DNA from: Azolla caroliniana
Taxonomy: Eukaryota > Plantae > Polypodiophyta
Length of the DNA: 64,000 nucleotides
Direction: 5' to 3'
NCBI GenBank assembly: GCA_043228905.1
Contig: JBHGNT010000053.1
Coordinates: 113,700-177,699, forward strand
Below the pieces are notes generated by a model. That model was not told the DNA's origin and ran no database searches. It saw only the letters and a program-made list of their open reading frames with translations. The position numbers were made by a program, and so were the translations under genes. Within the stretch, counting starts at the first letter, position 1. Every line of letters begins with the position of its first letter. Shown here in pieces: positions 1 to 11,841 of this stretch.

Positions 1-29
1 ATCACAACATGAAGAATAAATATATTGAC

Positions 30-239
30 CTTGAGGGAGGTGATTATGTGTGCTTTGGAAGGTTCAGAGGAAGCGGCGGTTAGGCAGAAGGAACTTCTGT
101 ATCTTCGCATGTGGATGCGTTGGGGAGGAGAAGGAAGAGGTAGCCGGGGGGAGCATGGAGGAGTCCTGCTGCTGGAAGCATGCGGAGATGGGCCAACGAA
201 GAAGGATGCCAACGCTCTGGCATCAGAGGCCCAAGGCAT
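30..239 (-). CDS. Exon 1 (transit-peptide-like) of the adenylosuccinate lyase-like gene of the preceding repeat copy
   Basis: Same as 29619-29828: MPWASDARALASFFVGPSPHASSSRTPP...SLK followed by a GT donor. Implies the array continues to the left. Confidence 0.75.
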
Positions 240-479
240 TTTGAAGAAGAAGAAGAAGAAGAAGAAGAAGAAGAAGAAGACAGTGTGTGTGTCTGTGTCT
301 CTGTCTATGTTTGCTGTTGAGTGAAGAAGAAGAAGAAGTAGATGGTTTTGTGAAAGTTTTTGAGTGTTTGGAAATGGATATTTGAAATTTTAAAATGTTC
401 TCTCTAGCAAGTATTGGATCATTGATCTACTTTGGACGCAACTTGCCAAGCAAAGCAACAACGTGGACGACAACCTCAG

Positions 480-965
480 TTATGTGCAAGAGAGAGATTA
501 CATTTTCAAATGGATCTCCTGCCCCACGACCATTTATCTTGATACTTCAATATCAATGGATGTTGGAAATGTGTGATCAATTTTCGTAAAACAACTTTTG
601 GGCAATCGTCTCCACATTTTAAAGAGATCAAATTGAGTTGCCATTATGTGTTGTCCTTGCCCCAAACCTCATTATGAGGGGTCAAATCATGAACAAAGTG
701 CATTAGGAACTTGCTTGAATTTCATATTCACAAGGATGTCTAAGGTGGGGCCAAATGGCATAGTCATTGATAAGTGTTGGGCATCGTATAATGTTATATT
801 TAATGTGGTTGCAAGAGACCGTCAATGTTTGATTGTTGCAAATGGGCATGGCTCGCAAACACATTATCGCCATTTGTTGTGTCAGTTCCACGCAAAAAAA
901 AATCATGGGGTCCCACTTGTTGCCCAAAATAAGTGTTGGCGAGAGAAACCGCCTTTTATCAATGG
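480..965 (+). mobile_element. Decayed MULE/Mutator-like transposase fragment (also ~30069-30554, ~59695-60180)
   Basis: FILILQYQWML...STF...LPL then PNGIVIDKCWASYN...LLCQFHAKK, resembling the MULE D and CxxH motifs. Interrupted by stops and frameshifts. Confidence 0.55.
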
Positions 966-970
966 ATGTG

Positions 971-1104
971 TCTGATGCTAGTGCGGGTTTCACTATCAAG
1001 TACACTACCTTGAGACAAATAATGAACTGATCTAATGCTGATCTTGTGCATGTCTTAATCAAGGATAGTGAAACCCGCACTAGCATCAGAGGGATCGTCA
1101 TAAT
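971..1104. repeat. Hairpin/MITE-like element with perfect 27-bp stem (also 30560-30693, 60186-60319)
   Basis: TCTGATGCTAGTGCGGGTTTCACTATC (971-997) is the exact reverse complement of 1064-1090. The right arm continues GGGATCGTCATAAT. Confidence 0.9.
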
Positions 1105-2270
1105 ATAGTACATGCAATGACAAAAAATATTCAAAATGTTTTTGGTCTTTAACTTTGGAGATTTTGGTCTCCAAAATCAAACCTTAGAAACTTTTTGTGG
1201 TTGGCAATGTGTGGAATTTGAAGTTTTAAGTATTTTCAAAACACGTTTTTAGTTTTTTTGTGGTTGAAATTTATATTAATTGTTATTTTGGTAGTGGAAA
1301 TTTTAATGTTTTGATGACAAAGGTTGTCAGAATCGGGCTATGGGAAACTCCCGTACTCTTTTAGATAAAGATCTAATAGTGCAAATTGCACTTGGCCTCT
1401 GAAATGCGCCCTACACCGTTGTGACCGTGATTCCCTCACCAAGCCTTATTATCAGTTGGATGCAAATAAACACCAGCCTTCTACATACAAACATACATAT
1501 ACTTTATGAGCCCGCCGAATCCCACGGAAACTAGAGATTGTGAGTTACATACATATGTAGAAACCTCTAATTGTGTCATGTGGCCAAAAGACCCTTTTGC
1601 TCATCCAACAAGTGAACGGTGTTCCCATTAGTCGGTCCTATGAAAGAGTTGCGAGTAATTTCACAAGTTTTCTCACTCTTTCTCTATATGTGTGCATGTG
1701 CATGCATGTGTGGATGCATGTCTGTCTCAGGGTATGTTAGGGTTTTTATGTAGTTTTTATGCCAAGGGTTTTGTTTATGATGAAACTAGGTGTCGCGTCG
1801 TGACATATCTGGATGATCGTGATGGCCACATACACAGAAGCATTAATTAGATGTTTTTGATCCTTGCCCCGATGACACAATGACTCACCTTTGTTTGTTT
1901 ACACAGTACATTGTCATATAACAATTATCCCCATATTTGCAATCCTATTCTAAAAGCGTGAACATCATGGTTGGTTTTGACACATTGAATCCTTTCTTCT
2001 TCTTCTTTTTAATAACAAGCTCCTCCCCCTTCTTCGCAATGTGTTGTTTAATTAGCAAACGATTAGCACACATGTGGTTAGGCCGCCATAAAACTCTGCA
2101 TGGTTTACAATTGTTTTTATTACGATCTTCGAAGGATTTATTTGAATGTATTCCTTTGTCTTTACACATATAGATTGTTCACCTTTCATGTTGGCAATGC
2201 GCAAACAAAAGAGAGGTATTTGGCTTGACTCAGAGTCACATGGAAGTTCGAGAAACATGTCTTTCACATA

Positions 2271-2540
2271 GCGAATTCTTGTGGTATTGAATTGAAGGTA
2301 TTGCCAACCCAATCCAACCAGCCCGTATCCTACCGAATTGAACCATATCATAGTGAATTAAGCCTAATTAAACCAAACCATACTAAATTAAACCAAATCA
2401 ATCCAATTCAACCAACCCAATACGAATTCTTGTGGTATTGAATTGAAGGTGTTGCCAACCCAATCCAACCAACCCAATATCCTACCAAATTGAACCATAT
2501 CATAGTGAATTAAGCATAATTAAACCATATCATACCAAAT
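2271..2540 (+). repeat. ~150-bp tandem duplication grading into the pentamer satellite
   Basis: CGAATTCTTGTGGTATTGAATTGAAGGT...CATAGTGAATTAAGC occurs at ~2272 and ~2423. Confidence 0.85.
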
Positions 2541-3360
2541 CAAACATACTATACCATACCATACCAAATTAAACCAAATCAAACATACTATAGCATACCA
2601 AACCAAATTAAACTAAATCAAACATACCATACCATACCAAATTAAACCAAATCAAACATACTATAGCATACCAAACCAAATTAAACTAAATCAAACATAC
2701 CATACCATACCAAATTAAACCAAATCAAACATACTATAGCATACCAAACCAAATTAATCTAAATCAAACATACCATACCATACCAAACCAAATTAAACTA
2801 AATCAAACATACCATACCATACCAAATTAAACCAAATCAAACATACTATAGCATACCAAACCAAATTAAACTAAATCAAACATACCATACCATACCAAAT
2901 TAAACTAAATCAAACATACCATACCATACCAAATTAAACTAAATCAAATATACCATACCATAGCAAATTAAACCAAATCAAACATACTATAGCATACCAT
3001 ACCAAATTAAACTAAATCAAACATACCATACCATACCATAGCAAATTAAACCAAATCAAACATACTATAGCATACCATACAACTAAATCAAACATACCAT
3101 AGCATACCATACAACTAAATCAAACATACCATACCATACCAACTTAAACCAAATCAAACATACTATAGCATACCAAACCAAATTAAACTAAATCAAACAT
3201 ACCATACCATACCAAATTAAACCAAATCAAACATACTATAGCATACCAAACCAAATTAAATTAAATCAAACATACCATACCATACCAAATTAAACTAAAT
3301 CAAACATACCATACCATACCAAATTAAACCAAATCAAACATACCATACCATACCAAATTA
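2520..3360 (+). repeat. Pentamer-based satellite, main array (also ~32109-32949, ~61735-62575)
   Basis: Higher-order units CATACCATACCATACCAAATTAAACCAAATCAAA / CATACTATAGCATACCAAACCAAATTAAACTAAATCAAA. The + strand is almost G-free. Confidence 0.97.
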
Positions 3361-3388
3361 TGACGATCCCTCTGATGCTAGTGCGGGT
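3357..3388 (-). repeat. 32-bp inverted copy of 1073-1104 (also 32946-32977, 62572-62603)
   Basis: ATTATGACGATCCCTCTGATGCTAGTGCGGGT is the reverse complement of 1073-1104. Confidence 0.95.
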
Positions 3389-4365
3389 AAGATAAGGATT
3401 TTAGTATTTCTCTTAAGGCTATTGAGGGCTAAGAGAAGGTGGTATGGGGGTTTAACATACTTAATTTTAGTGTTTAGTAGTTGTTCTTGTAGGATACTAT
3501 TGTATTTTTCAATAAGGGTTTCTAAGGGAAGGTATTTAGATGGAGGGTTCCAGCTGGGGTTAGGTAATTTGAAGGGATTCGGTGGGGTAGTATCATTATT
3601 TTTAAAGAAGTGTCTAAGGCGTAGTGATCTACTAAGGTTGGTATATTCTTTAAGGATATTTTGAGGGGAGGGTGGGGGGGGGGGGGAAGGGGGGGGTGTA
3701 TTTTAGTCCTAAGTTTAATAATTGTGTTTCGTTTTTACTAAGTGTGTAAGCGGACAAGTTATGTAGACTAAGACTAGTACGAGGGGTATAAGCTAAAGGT
3801 TTCCAAAATTTAGTCCTAGGTCTATTCCTGCGGGTTTTCTTAGAGGTAGGGTAAAACATGAATTTTTTATTATTAGTATTCCCCAACCACATAAAAGTGT
3901 CAGGGGTTGAGGTTTGTCTATTGAGAAGGTAGAAGATTCGTTTTCTAGGATGTATGGCGTGTCTAAAGTGTCTATTCACACGTTTAGCACACCGTGTTAG
4001 ACGTATTTTGGTCGGGCTATGGGAGGGTTTGAGGAGGGGGTATGTGAATGATTTTGAGTATTATGGTGTCTATTATGAGGCCTATGATTTATGTGGGGAT
4101 ATGATGTAGTAATATTTTTTGGAGGGGGAGGGGTAGTGTTAACATTATTAAAAGGATAGGGCGTGGTATTAATTTTTGGAGGGGGGAGGGTATTATGTAT
4201 TAAGAAAGAAGGGGGAGGGTTAATAGAGGAATTAGAGAAATATGGGGGAGGGATAATAGAGGAAGTAGGGGGAAGGGTATGAGTAAAATGCGGGGGAGGA
4301 GTATACGAAAAATTAGTGTAAATAGGTGGAGGGGAATATGTGTAATTTGAAGAAACGAAAGAGAT
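3382..4365 (-). mobile_element. Penelope-like retroelement, N-terminal ORF fragment (also ~32971-33954, ~62597-63580)
   Basis: Minus-strand HNLSAYTLSKNETQLLNLGLKYTP, a frameshift in poly-G, then LSRSLRLRHFF...KLPNPSWNPP...ALNSLKRNTKILILPA. Truncated just where the PLE DK(N/G) motif is expected. Coding strand is C-rich. Confidence 0.75.
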
Positions 4366-4890
4366 GGAGATCCCATTAGATAATCGACTGTGCTTGCACC
4401 CCCTTTTGGGTTCCAACATGTCAAAGCATCTTATCCAGGCCATTGTGACAAGCCATTATATATCACAAGTCCATGCGCGCTTCCCAAGGCTAGAAAGTGT
4501 TTTCCATATTCAATTATAGCACTCATATCTTGAACTTTTCTCTTTAGACCAACCTCTTCTGCCATAGCTTCTCCATAGCCAGCCTCGTCGGTGTTAAATA
4601 TAGTTGTTTGTTCATCCTTGGTTCGTGCATTAAAATCTCCTAATAGTATTATATCCCCCATAGTAGCAAATCTTATGATATCATCATATAGTGTTCGATA
4701 TGGTGATTCACCTAGAGGTGCAAACCTTGAATAGGCAGGTGGAAAGTAGCAAATTGCAATATATAGCTCCCTAAGATCCCCTCTTTTTATGCATATCCAC
4801 ATGTAGCGTGCATCCACATCCTTATGTACAACATGCACTCTACCATGGAGCTCCTCTTTGTATAGCATAGCCACTCCTCCCGAACCTCTA
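4366..4890 (-). mobile_element. LINE APE-endonuclease fragment (also ~33955-34479, ~63581-64000)
   Basis: RGSGGVAMLYK...ICYFPP...IILLGDFNART...IYNG...STVDYLMGS, typical EEP motifs. Confidence 0.85.
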
Positions 4891-5392
4891 GTGCTTCCTC
4901 ATTTCTTCCTTTAGTGCTATTTCAATATCTTCTCTAATAAGGTTGATCTCTTGCGCAATCAAATGGCGTAAAAGATCATGTTTCCCATTTTCGACATCGA
5001 ATGGAATGTCGGATGGGGCCTGCATTCTAGGTTCCTTATGCGCCCTTCTGACGCTATTCAGGTCCCGTCCTTTTCGTCTATGATATCTTCTTGTGGTCTT
5101 CAATAGATTTGGACCCTCGTCATGCGTGTTAAGATCCATCTTTTCAGTGTCTGTCCCTTCGGACTCTATGGTGTCAGATGTTGAGGGCAGAAAGAATAGA
5201 AATTACTACGGGGCAGAAAGAATACAGGAACAGAGTTGGCAGAAGATACAGGAAATCAAATTTGGAAGAGAACGCACAAGATCAGGCATTGCAGAAAACA
5301 CAGAGGACAGACATTTCAAAAAAGACAGACAGAGTCAGAACCCTAAACGCAAACCCAAAACCCTAAACGCAGAGCATAAACCCTACACTCGG

Positions 5393-5400
<8 letters not shown>
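4888..5400 (-). mobile_element. Probable LTR-retrotransposon 5' fragment (partial LTR ending CAACA plus short gag-like ORF)
   Basis: Minus strand reads (CT)n...CCCTCAACA then the ORF MDLNTHDEG.... No canonical PBS seen. Confidence 0.4.

Positions 5401-5443
<43 letters not shown>
5392..5443 (+). repeat. (AG)n microsatellite junction; 8 bp shorter in copy 2
   Basis: Directly visible. The offset changes from 29589 to 29581 here. Confidence 0.95.
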
Positions 5444-5447
<4 letters not shown>

Positions 5448-5722
5448 GCCGAAGAGGATGTTGTCTCTGTTGTAACCGCCACCTGTGGCGAAGACAGTGA
5501 ACAAGAGGTCGTTGCCTCTGTGTTCATCTATTGTATATTGTAATATAGTGATAGTTTGCAGTCTGTGGACTGCCGTGGTTTTTCCCGCGTTTGGGTTTTC
5601 CACGTAAACATCCTATGTACTCTTCTCTTTACTGTGTCGTGCATACATTACCCATTTTTCTGTGTTTGATCCTAGACTCGGTTGTGGCCGAGCGTTGTTT
5701 TCGGGAGCGTGTAGTCCTTACA
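5444..5722 (+). mobile_element. Partial Copia-type LTR, 3' part (also ~35025-35303)
   Basis: Contains GTGGTTTTTCCCGC...GGGTTTTCCACGTAAA and ends TTACA. No PBS follows; dynein intron sequence follows instead. Confidence 0.6.
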
Positions 5723-5798
5723 TTGTTCTAGGTAGAGACATCAATGTGGGTAGCATAGTTTTCTTCACAGGTATAAAAATATTTTGCTTCTCATACAG

Positions 5799-8700
5799 GT
5801 TAGTGTCAAGGTTACTCTACTCAACTTTTTTGTTACACAAGAAGGACTTGAAGAGCAACTTCTAGGACAGGTTGTGACAAAAGAACGACCAGATCTTGCT
5901 GAAATGAAGAATCATCTAACTATTTCCAATGCAAATATGAAACGGGAACTTAAAGAGATTGAGTCACAAATTCTTCATCTTTTGTCAAAAGCACAAGTTA
6001 GTGTCCTCTAAAAATCTGTGACAGGCTTTTCAGTTATTCAATTTTTTAATATTTAATAAGTAATCTATTGATAGCATGATAATGAAATTTCATATCTATG
6101 CATAATTATTTTCAGGGAAACATTCTGGATGATGAAGTCCTTATCAATACTCTTGCTCAGTCAAAGGTAACATCAAATGTTATCAAAATAAAGGTTGCAG
6201 AAGCTGAGAAAACAGAAATAGCCATTGATGAAACAAGAGAGGCATGTATTATTGCTCAATATTATGCTCTAAATGGAATCCCAAAATTGTTAGCGCTGAT
6301 GAAATCTATCTGTTTTTGTCTTACAGGGTTACCGTAAAGTCGCAACAAGAGCATCACAATTGTTCTTTTGTATATCAGATTTGGTTTCTGTTGATCCCAT
6401 GTATCAATATAGCCTAACTTGGTTCATATCATTGTTCAATCGAGCTATGGATGGTGCTACGCAAGCATCAATAATAGAGAAGAGAGTGCAAAATTTAAAT
6501 GAGTATTTTACATATTTGCTTTATGTGAATGTGTGCCGGTCGCTCTTTGAAAAGCATAAGTTGATGTTCTCTCTAATGCTATGTATCAAGATTTTACAGG
6601 TTTGAGCATCTCCTATATTTCCACTACTGTCTATGTGTCTTTTCCCAGAACCTATTTTGCTTCATGTTGAAAATGGGAATTGTAAAGAAAGATATATTAA
6701 TAACTATTTCCCAATCTTACTGAGACACCATAGGATAAAATGCTTTCATGGGGGCAAACATGCAACACAGGCCATTTTTTCCATGTTAAGTAGCTTGAGA
6801 GTTCTAGATTTCAAGCTGTAGAATCAGGCACCCTTTTCATACTATACCTATGTAATCCGTTTTTACTTAGACCATTGCCGTCATTCCAGTGTTAATTTCC
6901 TAGCTGTAGGAAGATATTTTCCAAAGTTTTGAGTTTATTTCAAATCTTTTCCATTTTCCCAGTGTAATAACAGCTTTGTAGTCAATGTTTGGTGTTCTAA
7001 TTAGATTGAGGATGTTGGTGGTACTAGCAACCACATGCTCTACTAGTGAAATAGTCAAAATGAGACAATAGTATTAGATAAAATTTCTGGATTGGACTCA
7101 AAAGGCCATTTTGGCATTGTAAAAAACTTTAATAAAAGCTTGCTTTCTTTCTTTCCATCCTCACTCCATAGATGTAACTGATTGCTGTAAAGAACCTAAC
7201 TCTCGTAGAGTGCGTAGTGTGTGTGTGAGAGTGGGTGTGTGAGCAAGAGAAGGAATCAGAGAAAATAAGCATAAATAATCAAATACACAATAGGGGGATG
7301 ACAGCTTATGCACTGAAGAGAAAACTATATTAATCAACTAAAGATCAACTAAACACAATGCGTCAAGAGGGTTTTATATACAAATCCTCAAGTGATTGTT
7401 GGGAATCTAATCAAGATATCCACTCGAGTGTCTTATATTCGTGGACCACATTTACACGTGACAACTAACTAGACATCACAATCTAGTTCTTCGTGTAACT
7501 ACATAGTTCACACAGATTACAATAAAGTGTGTTTTTCTTCATAAGCACATGTTCAGACAAGTTGAGCTTGATTCTCAAAAATTGCTAATAATTACTGGAT
7601 TCACTTCATTGTTTGCAATAGATGCAGAAGGCAATGTGACCGCGCCATTGTTTTTTAGCTAATAAGATGCAGCTTCTTTTTTGATATAGGAAAAGGGATG
7701 TGTAGATCCTGTTGAGTGGCGGTTCTTGCTCGCAGGAGCCACATCATCTACAATGTCACAGCCTAACCCTGCTCCAGAATGGCTGACTGACAAGGTATTT
7801 AAGAAATATTGTGATCTTTCTCTTGAACATGTTTGTATGTTTGTTAAGCATCTTACCAGAAGTTTGGTTCTGCAGTCATGGATTGAGATATTACAGCTTA
7901 GCCAGTCAAAGAATCTCAAAGGTTTTGAGCAGCATTTTATTGAAAACATATCACATTATAAAAGGATTTTTGATAGCTCAGAAGCTCATCAAGAACCACT
8001 TCCAGAAGACTGGAATAACAAATTAAACAAACTGCAAAAATTGCTCATACTTCGGTGTATCCGTGTTGATAAGGCACTTCTGGGAATACAGGTACTGACT
8101 AGCCTTGATTCATTTGTTAATCTTGATTCATTGGTTTAGGTATCCATCAATGGAATGGTTAAGCTACCGAATCTTCTCTACATATATTTCATACTAATTT
8201 GAAAATAATAACCAAATGTTTTCTATAGGATTTTGTATCGGAAAACCTAGGTCAGCGCTTTATCGAGCCACCTGCATTTGACCTTGCTGGATGTTATAAA
8301 GATGGGTCTCCTTCATCACCGCTCATTTTTGTGCTTTCTTCTGGAGCTGATCCCATGGCTGATCTCCTGAAGCTAGCAGAAGACCTTCGGTTTACTAAGA
8401 AATTTGAGAAGGTATTGAATCCATAGAACTCCCTTTGTTTAAAATACATGTTATGGAGAAACTCAGTTTGGGCAAGCTGGTGGCAGATGATTACAAATAT
8501 AGAAACCCAGTTCTCTCTTAAAATGCTTACATATCATTGCTTTTTCTGTGTTTTATTCCTAGGTTTCTCTTGGACAAGGTCAAGGACCCAAAGCAGAAAA
8601 GCTTCTTGAACTAGGGATGGATCGTGGCATGTGGGTATGCCTTCAGAATTGTCACTTGTCACAATCATGGATGCCTGCTCTTGAGCGTATTGTTGATAAC

Positions 8701-10629
8701 ATCGATCCAGAAAAGGTAGTACTATAGAATTCAGATTTTTCTTTGAACCAGATTTGAGAATTTCTTTGTTCTTACTTTTAATATTTCATGTTTATACACT
8801 CAGGTGCATAAAGACTTTCGGCTCTGGTTAACCAGCATGCCTAGTCCTGATTTCCCTGTTTCAATTCTTCAAAATGGTGTAAAAATGACTTTGGAACCTC
8901 CAAAGGGTTTGAAGTCAAACCTAGCGCGGTCATACATGAGATATACTGACAAGGTCCTGAATGACTGTGCCAAACCAGATGTATGGAAGAAGTTTTTGTT
9001 TGCGACATGTTTATTCCATGCTGTTATTCAAGAAAGAAGGAAATTTGGTGCTTTAGGATGGAATATAAGGTATGAATTCACAGATGGAGATCTAGCTGTT
9101 TGCCAGACTCAAATTCGGATGTTTCTAAACGAATACAACGAAATTCCGTATAAGGTAGTTTCCTACACTATTTATCCTGATTCGCCATAGCAAGAGAAAT
9201 TTTTGTTTTGTCATTGATTGGATGTGTCGATATTCAGGTTATCCGGTTTCTTTGTGGAGAAATCAACTATGGTGGTCGTGTCACGGATGATAAGGATAGG
9301 CGACTTATGAATAATCTGCTTCTCAAGTTTATTATTCCAGAGGTTTTCTACTGTCTCTTATCACACAAGCAAAGAAATGTCTTTATATAATTAGTCTTAC
9401 AGACAAAGAAGCAATCTTGACATTCAATTTACTTAACTCTGATGCAGATTATAGTTGAAACAAAACACAGCTTCAGTGAGTCTGGAGTATATATTATCCC
9501 TGATGCAACAAATGTCAATGGATTTGCCGCATACATTAAAGAGCTTCCACTGGCGCCAAAGCCAGAGATATTTGGTCTTCATGAGAATGCTGACATCACA
9601 TGTGATCAAAATGAATCATATGATGTTTTTAACACATTATTATCATTTCAACCAAGAGAAAGAGCGACTGGAACAGGTGGCATGTCACGAGAGGAGACCA
9701 TTGAGAAGTCATGCCAGGATATTCTTGCTAAGCTACCCCCTATATATGATGTTGAAGATGTTCTACGCAAATATCCAACAATGTATACAGAGAGTATGAA
9801 CACAGTTCTGACACAAGAATGCATCAGATACAATGGCTTGCTCAATGTCATGCGGGTCTCCTTGAGAGAAGTACTAAAAGCACTGAAGGGGTTAGTGATG
9901 ATGTCTCCTGACTTGGAAATGCTTTGCACTAGCATCTTCAACAATCAGGTTATCACCACTCTCAATATGTATGTTTAGTTTATTCACAATAGTCGTTTGC
10001 CGCATGGAAATGACCTTAATTATATTAAAATTTTCAGGTTCCAGACCTTTGGGCAAGCAAAGCCTATCCATCATTAAAGCCACTTGCTTCATGGGTGATA
10101 GATCTCCTTCAGAGAACAGAATTCATACAAGAATGGATAGATAAGGGGGCCCCTGCTGTATACTGGATATCTGGGTTCTTTTTCCCTCAGGTAGGACTTC
10201 AGTATTACGTTCAGTATTATGTTCAAAAAACAATAAATGAAATGTTTCGTGACCTACACAAGTGTACTCAACAATGTCAATTTGACGCCTAAGAGTAAAT
10301 GGGAACCTTGTTTTCAGGCCTTCTTGACAGGAACCCTTCAGAATTTTGCAAGAAAGTATAGATATCCCATCGATACTGTTGGCTTTGATTTCATCGTTGA
10401 AGATAGTCAAACAGCTAAAACAATCCAAAAACCACCTGAAGATGGATGTTATATCCGAGGTTTATTTCTTGAAGGATGTCGTTGGGATTATCAAGAACAT
10501 ATGTTGACAGAGTCTAGACCAAAGGAATTATATAGTGAGCTCCCGATTATGTGGCTAAAGCCTGTGCAGTTCAGAAAACCTCCAGAGAGCGGTATCTATG
10601 AATGTCCTGTTTACAAGACATTATTACGT

Positions 10630-10686
<57 letters not shown>

Positions 10687-10916
10687 GAAGCTAATATATC
10701 TTTCTCTCTCTCAAAATATAGCTAACAAGTAAAATTATTCTTGTAACTTCTCTTTTTGTATTTGTGTGAATGTTAAAAATGTTACCATGTGCAGGAACTT
10801 TGTCAACAACTGGTCATTCAACAAACTTTGTGATGTATTTGGAATTGCCGACTGATAAGCCCCAATCACATTGGATAAATCGTGGAGTCGGCCTCTTTAC
10901 ATCGCTTGCATACTAA
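5799..10916 (+). pseudogene. Axonemal (inner-arm-type) dynein heavy chain, 3' 13 exons only, 5'-truncated, copy 1
   Basis: Exons ~5799-5996, 6116-6241 (GC donor), 6327-6599, 7690-7794, 7876-8091, 8229-8411, 8563-8715, 8804-9154, 9238-9342, 9449-9948, 10038-10190, 10318-10633, 10795-10916. Motifs [74 protein letters not shown]; stop TAA at 10914-10916. Confidence 0.93.
7186..7580. mobile_element. Solo LTR in dynein intron (also 36767-37161)
   Basis: TGTAAAG...GTTGAGCTTGATTCTCAAAA flanked by 5-bp TSD ATTGC (7181-7185, 7581-7585). The end resembles the 23528-23895 LTR end. Confidence 0.75.
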
Positions 10917-11539
10917 TACAATGAGGCAATCTCTACCATTTCCATTCTATGGAGGACGATTTCAAGAGGTTTTTAAATGGTTGTATTACAACTTTTCGTG
11001 CTTGACATTTCAAGAGCCAACTTCTATTTTAAAGTCATCTTTTTTATAAATGGGATTCTTCAAAAAATAGAGCTTGGGGATTGGATTTCTCAACGTACTT
11101 GCAGCAAAATCAAAAGCATTGGAATTCGCAAATGGTGTTTCAAGAGTATTTACAGAGTCTACAATAGACGACATGCAATGTTTGTTGAAGTTTGGAAAAG
11201 GGTAAGTTGAGAGATAAATATCGCTTTTCTCCGAGTTCGGATAAAGGATGTAATCATCAACAATCTATGCGTTATTAAGCTTTGTACATGTTGAGGTGCC
11301 TCTATAGATTTACATTCTCATGCAAACTTTTCCCATATGGCATTCGTTATTGCGATGTATTTCGAGTAAAAACATTGTAACTTCTTGGTTGGGGAAACTA
11401 GTGAAGTATATTGCATATAGTGAGATTCCGCTACATATGCATGGGTTTCCAAACACGTGAAAAATACACTTTGTAATATTTTCAAATTTACAAAGGGTAT
11501 TTTCAAATATTACAAAAAGTATTTTTCACATTGCCCTTC

Positions 11540-11841
11540 ATACCATACCATACCAAATTAAACCAAATCAAACATACTATAGCATACCAAACCAAATTAA
11601 ACTAAATCAAACATACCATACCATACCATACCAAATTAAACCAAATCAAACATACTATAGCATACCAAACCAAATTAAACTAAATCAAACATACCATACC
11701 ATACCAAATTAAACCAAATCAAACATACTATAGCATACCAAACCAAATTAAACTAAATCAAACATACCATACCATACCAAACCAAATTAAACTAAATCAA
11801 ACATACCATACCATACCAAATTAAACCAAATCAAACATACC
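11540..11841 (+). repeat. Pentamer satellite, second array (also 41121-41422)
   Basis: Same units as 2520-3360. Lies between the dynein 3' flank and the LeuRS-containing block. Confidence 0.95.

Noticed and set aside
25-324. Plus-strand poly-Lys ORF
   Set aside because: Antisense to ADSL exon 1 and its (CTT)n 5' leader.
971-1104. Hammerhead or miRNA call for the hairpin
   Set aside because: The core reads CTGATGC and lies inside a perfect stem, so there is no hammerhead topology. A miRNA call needs expression data.
1324-1923. Possible LTR (TGTCAG...TAACA)
   Set aside because: No TSD, PBS or partner LTR seen.
2520-3360. CRISPR-like or telomeric array
   Set aside because: No unique spacers, no cas genes, eukaryotic context, and not TTTAGGG.
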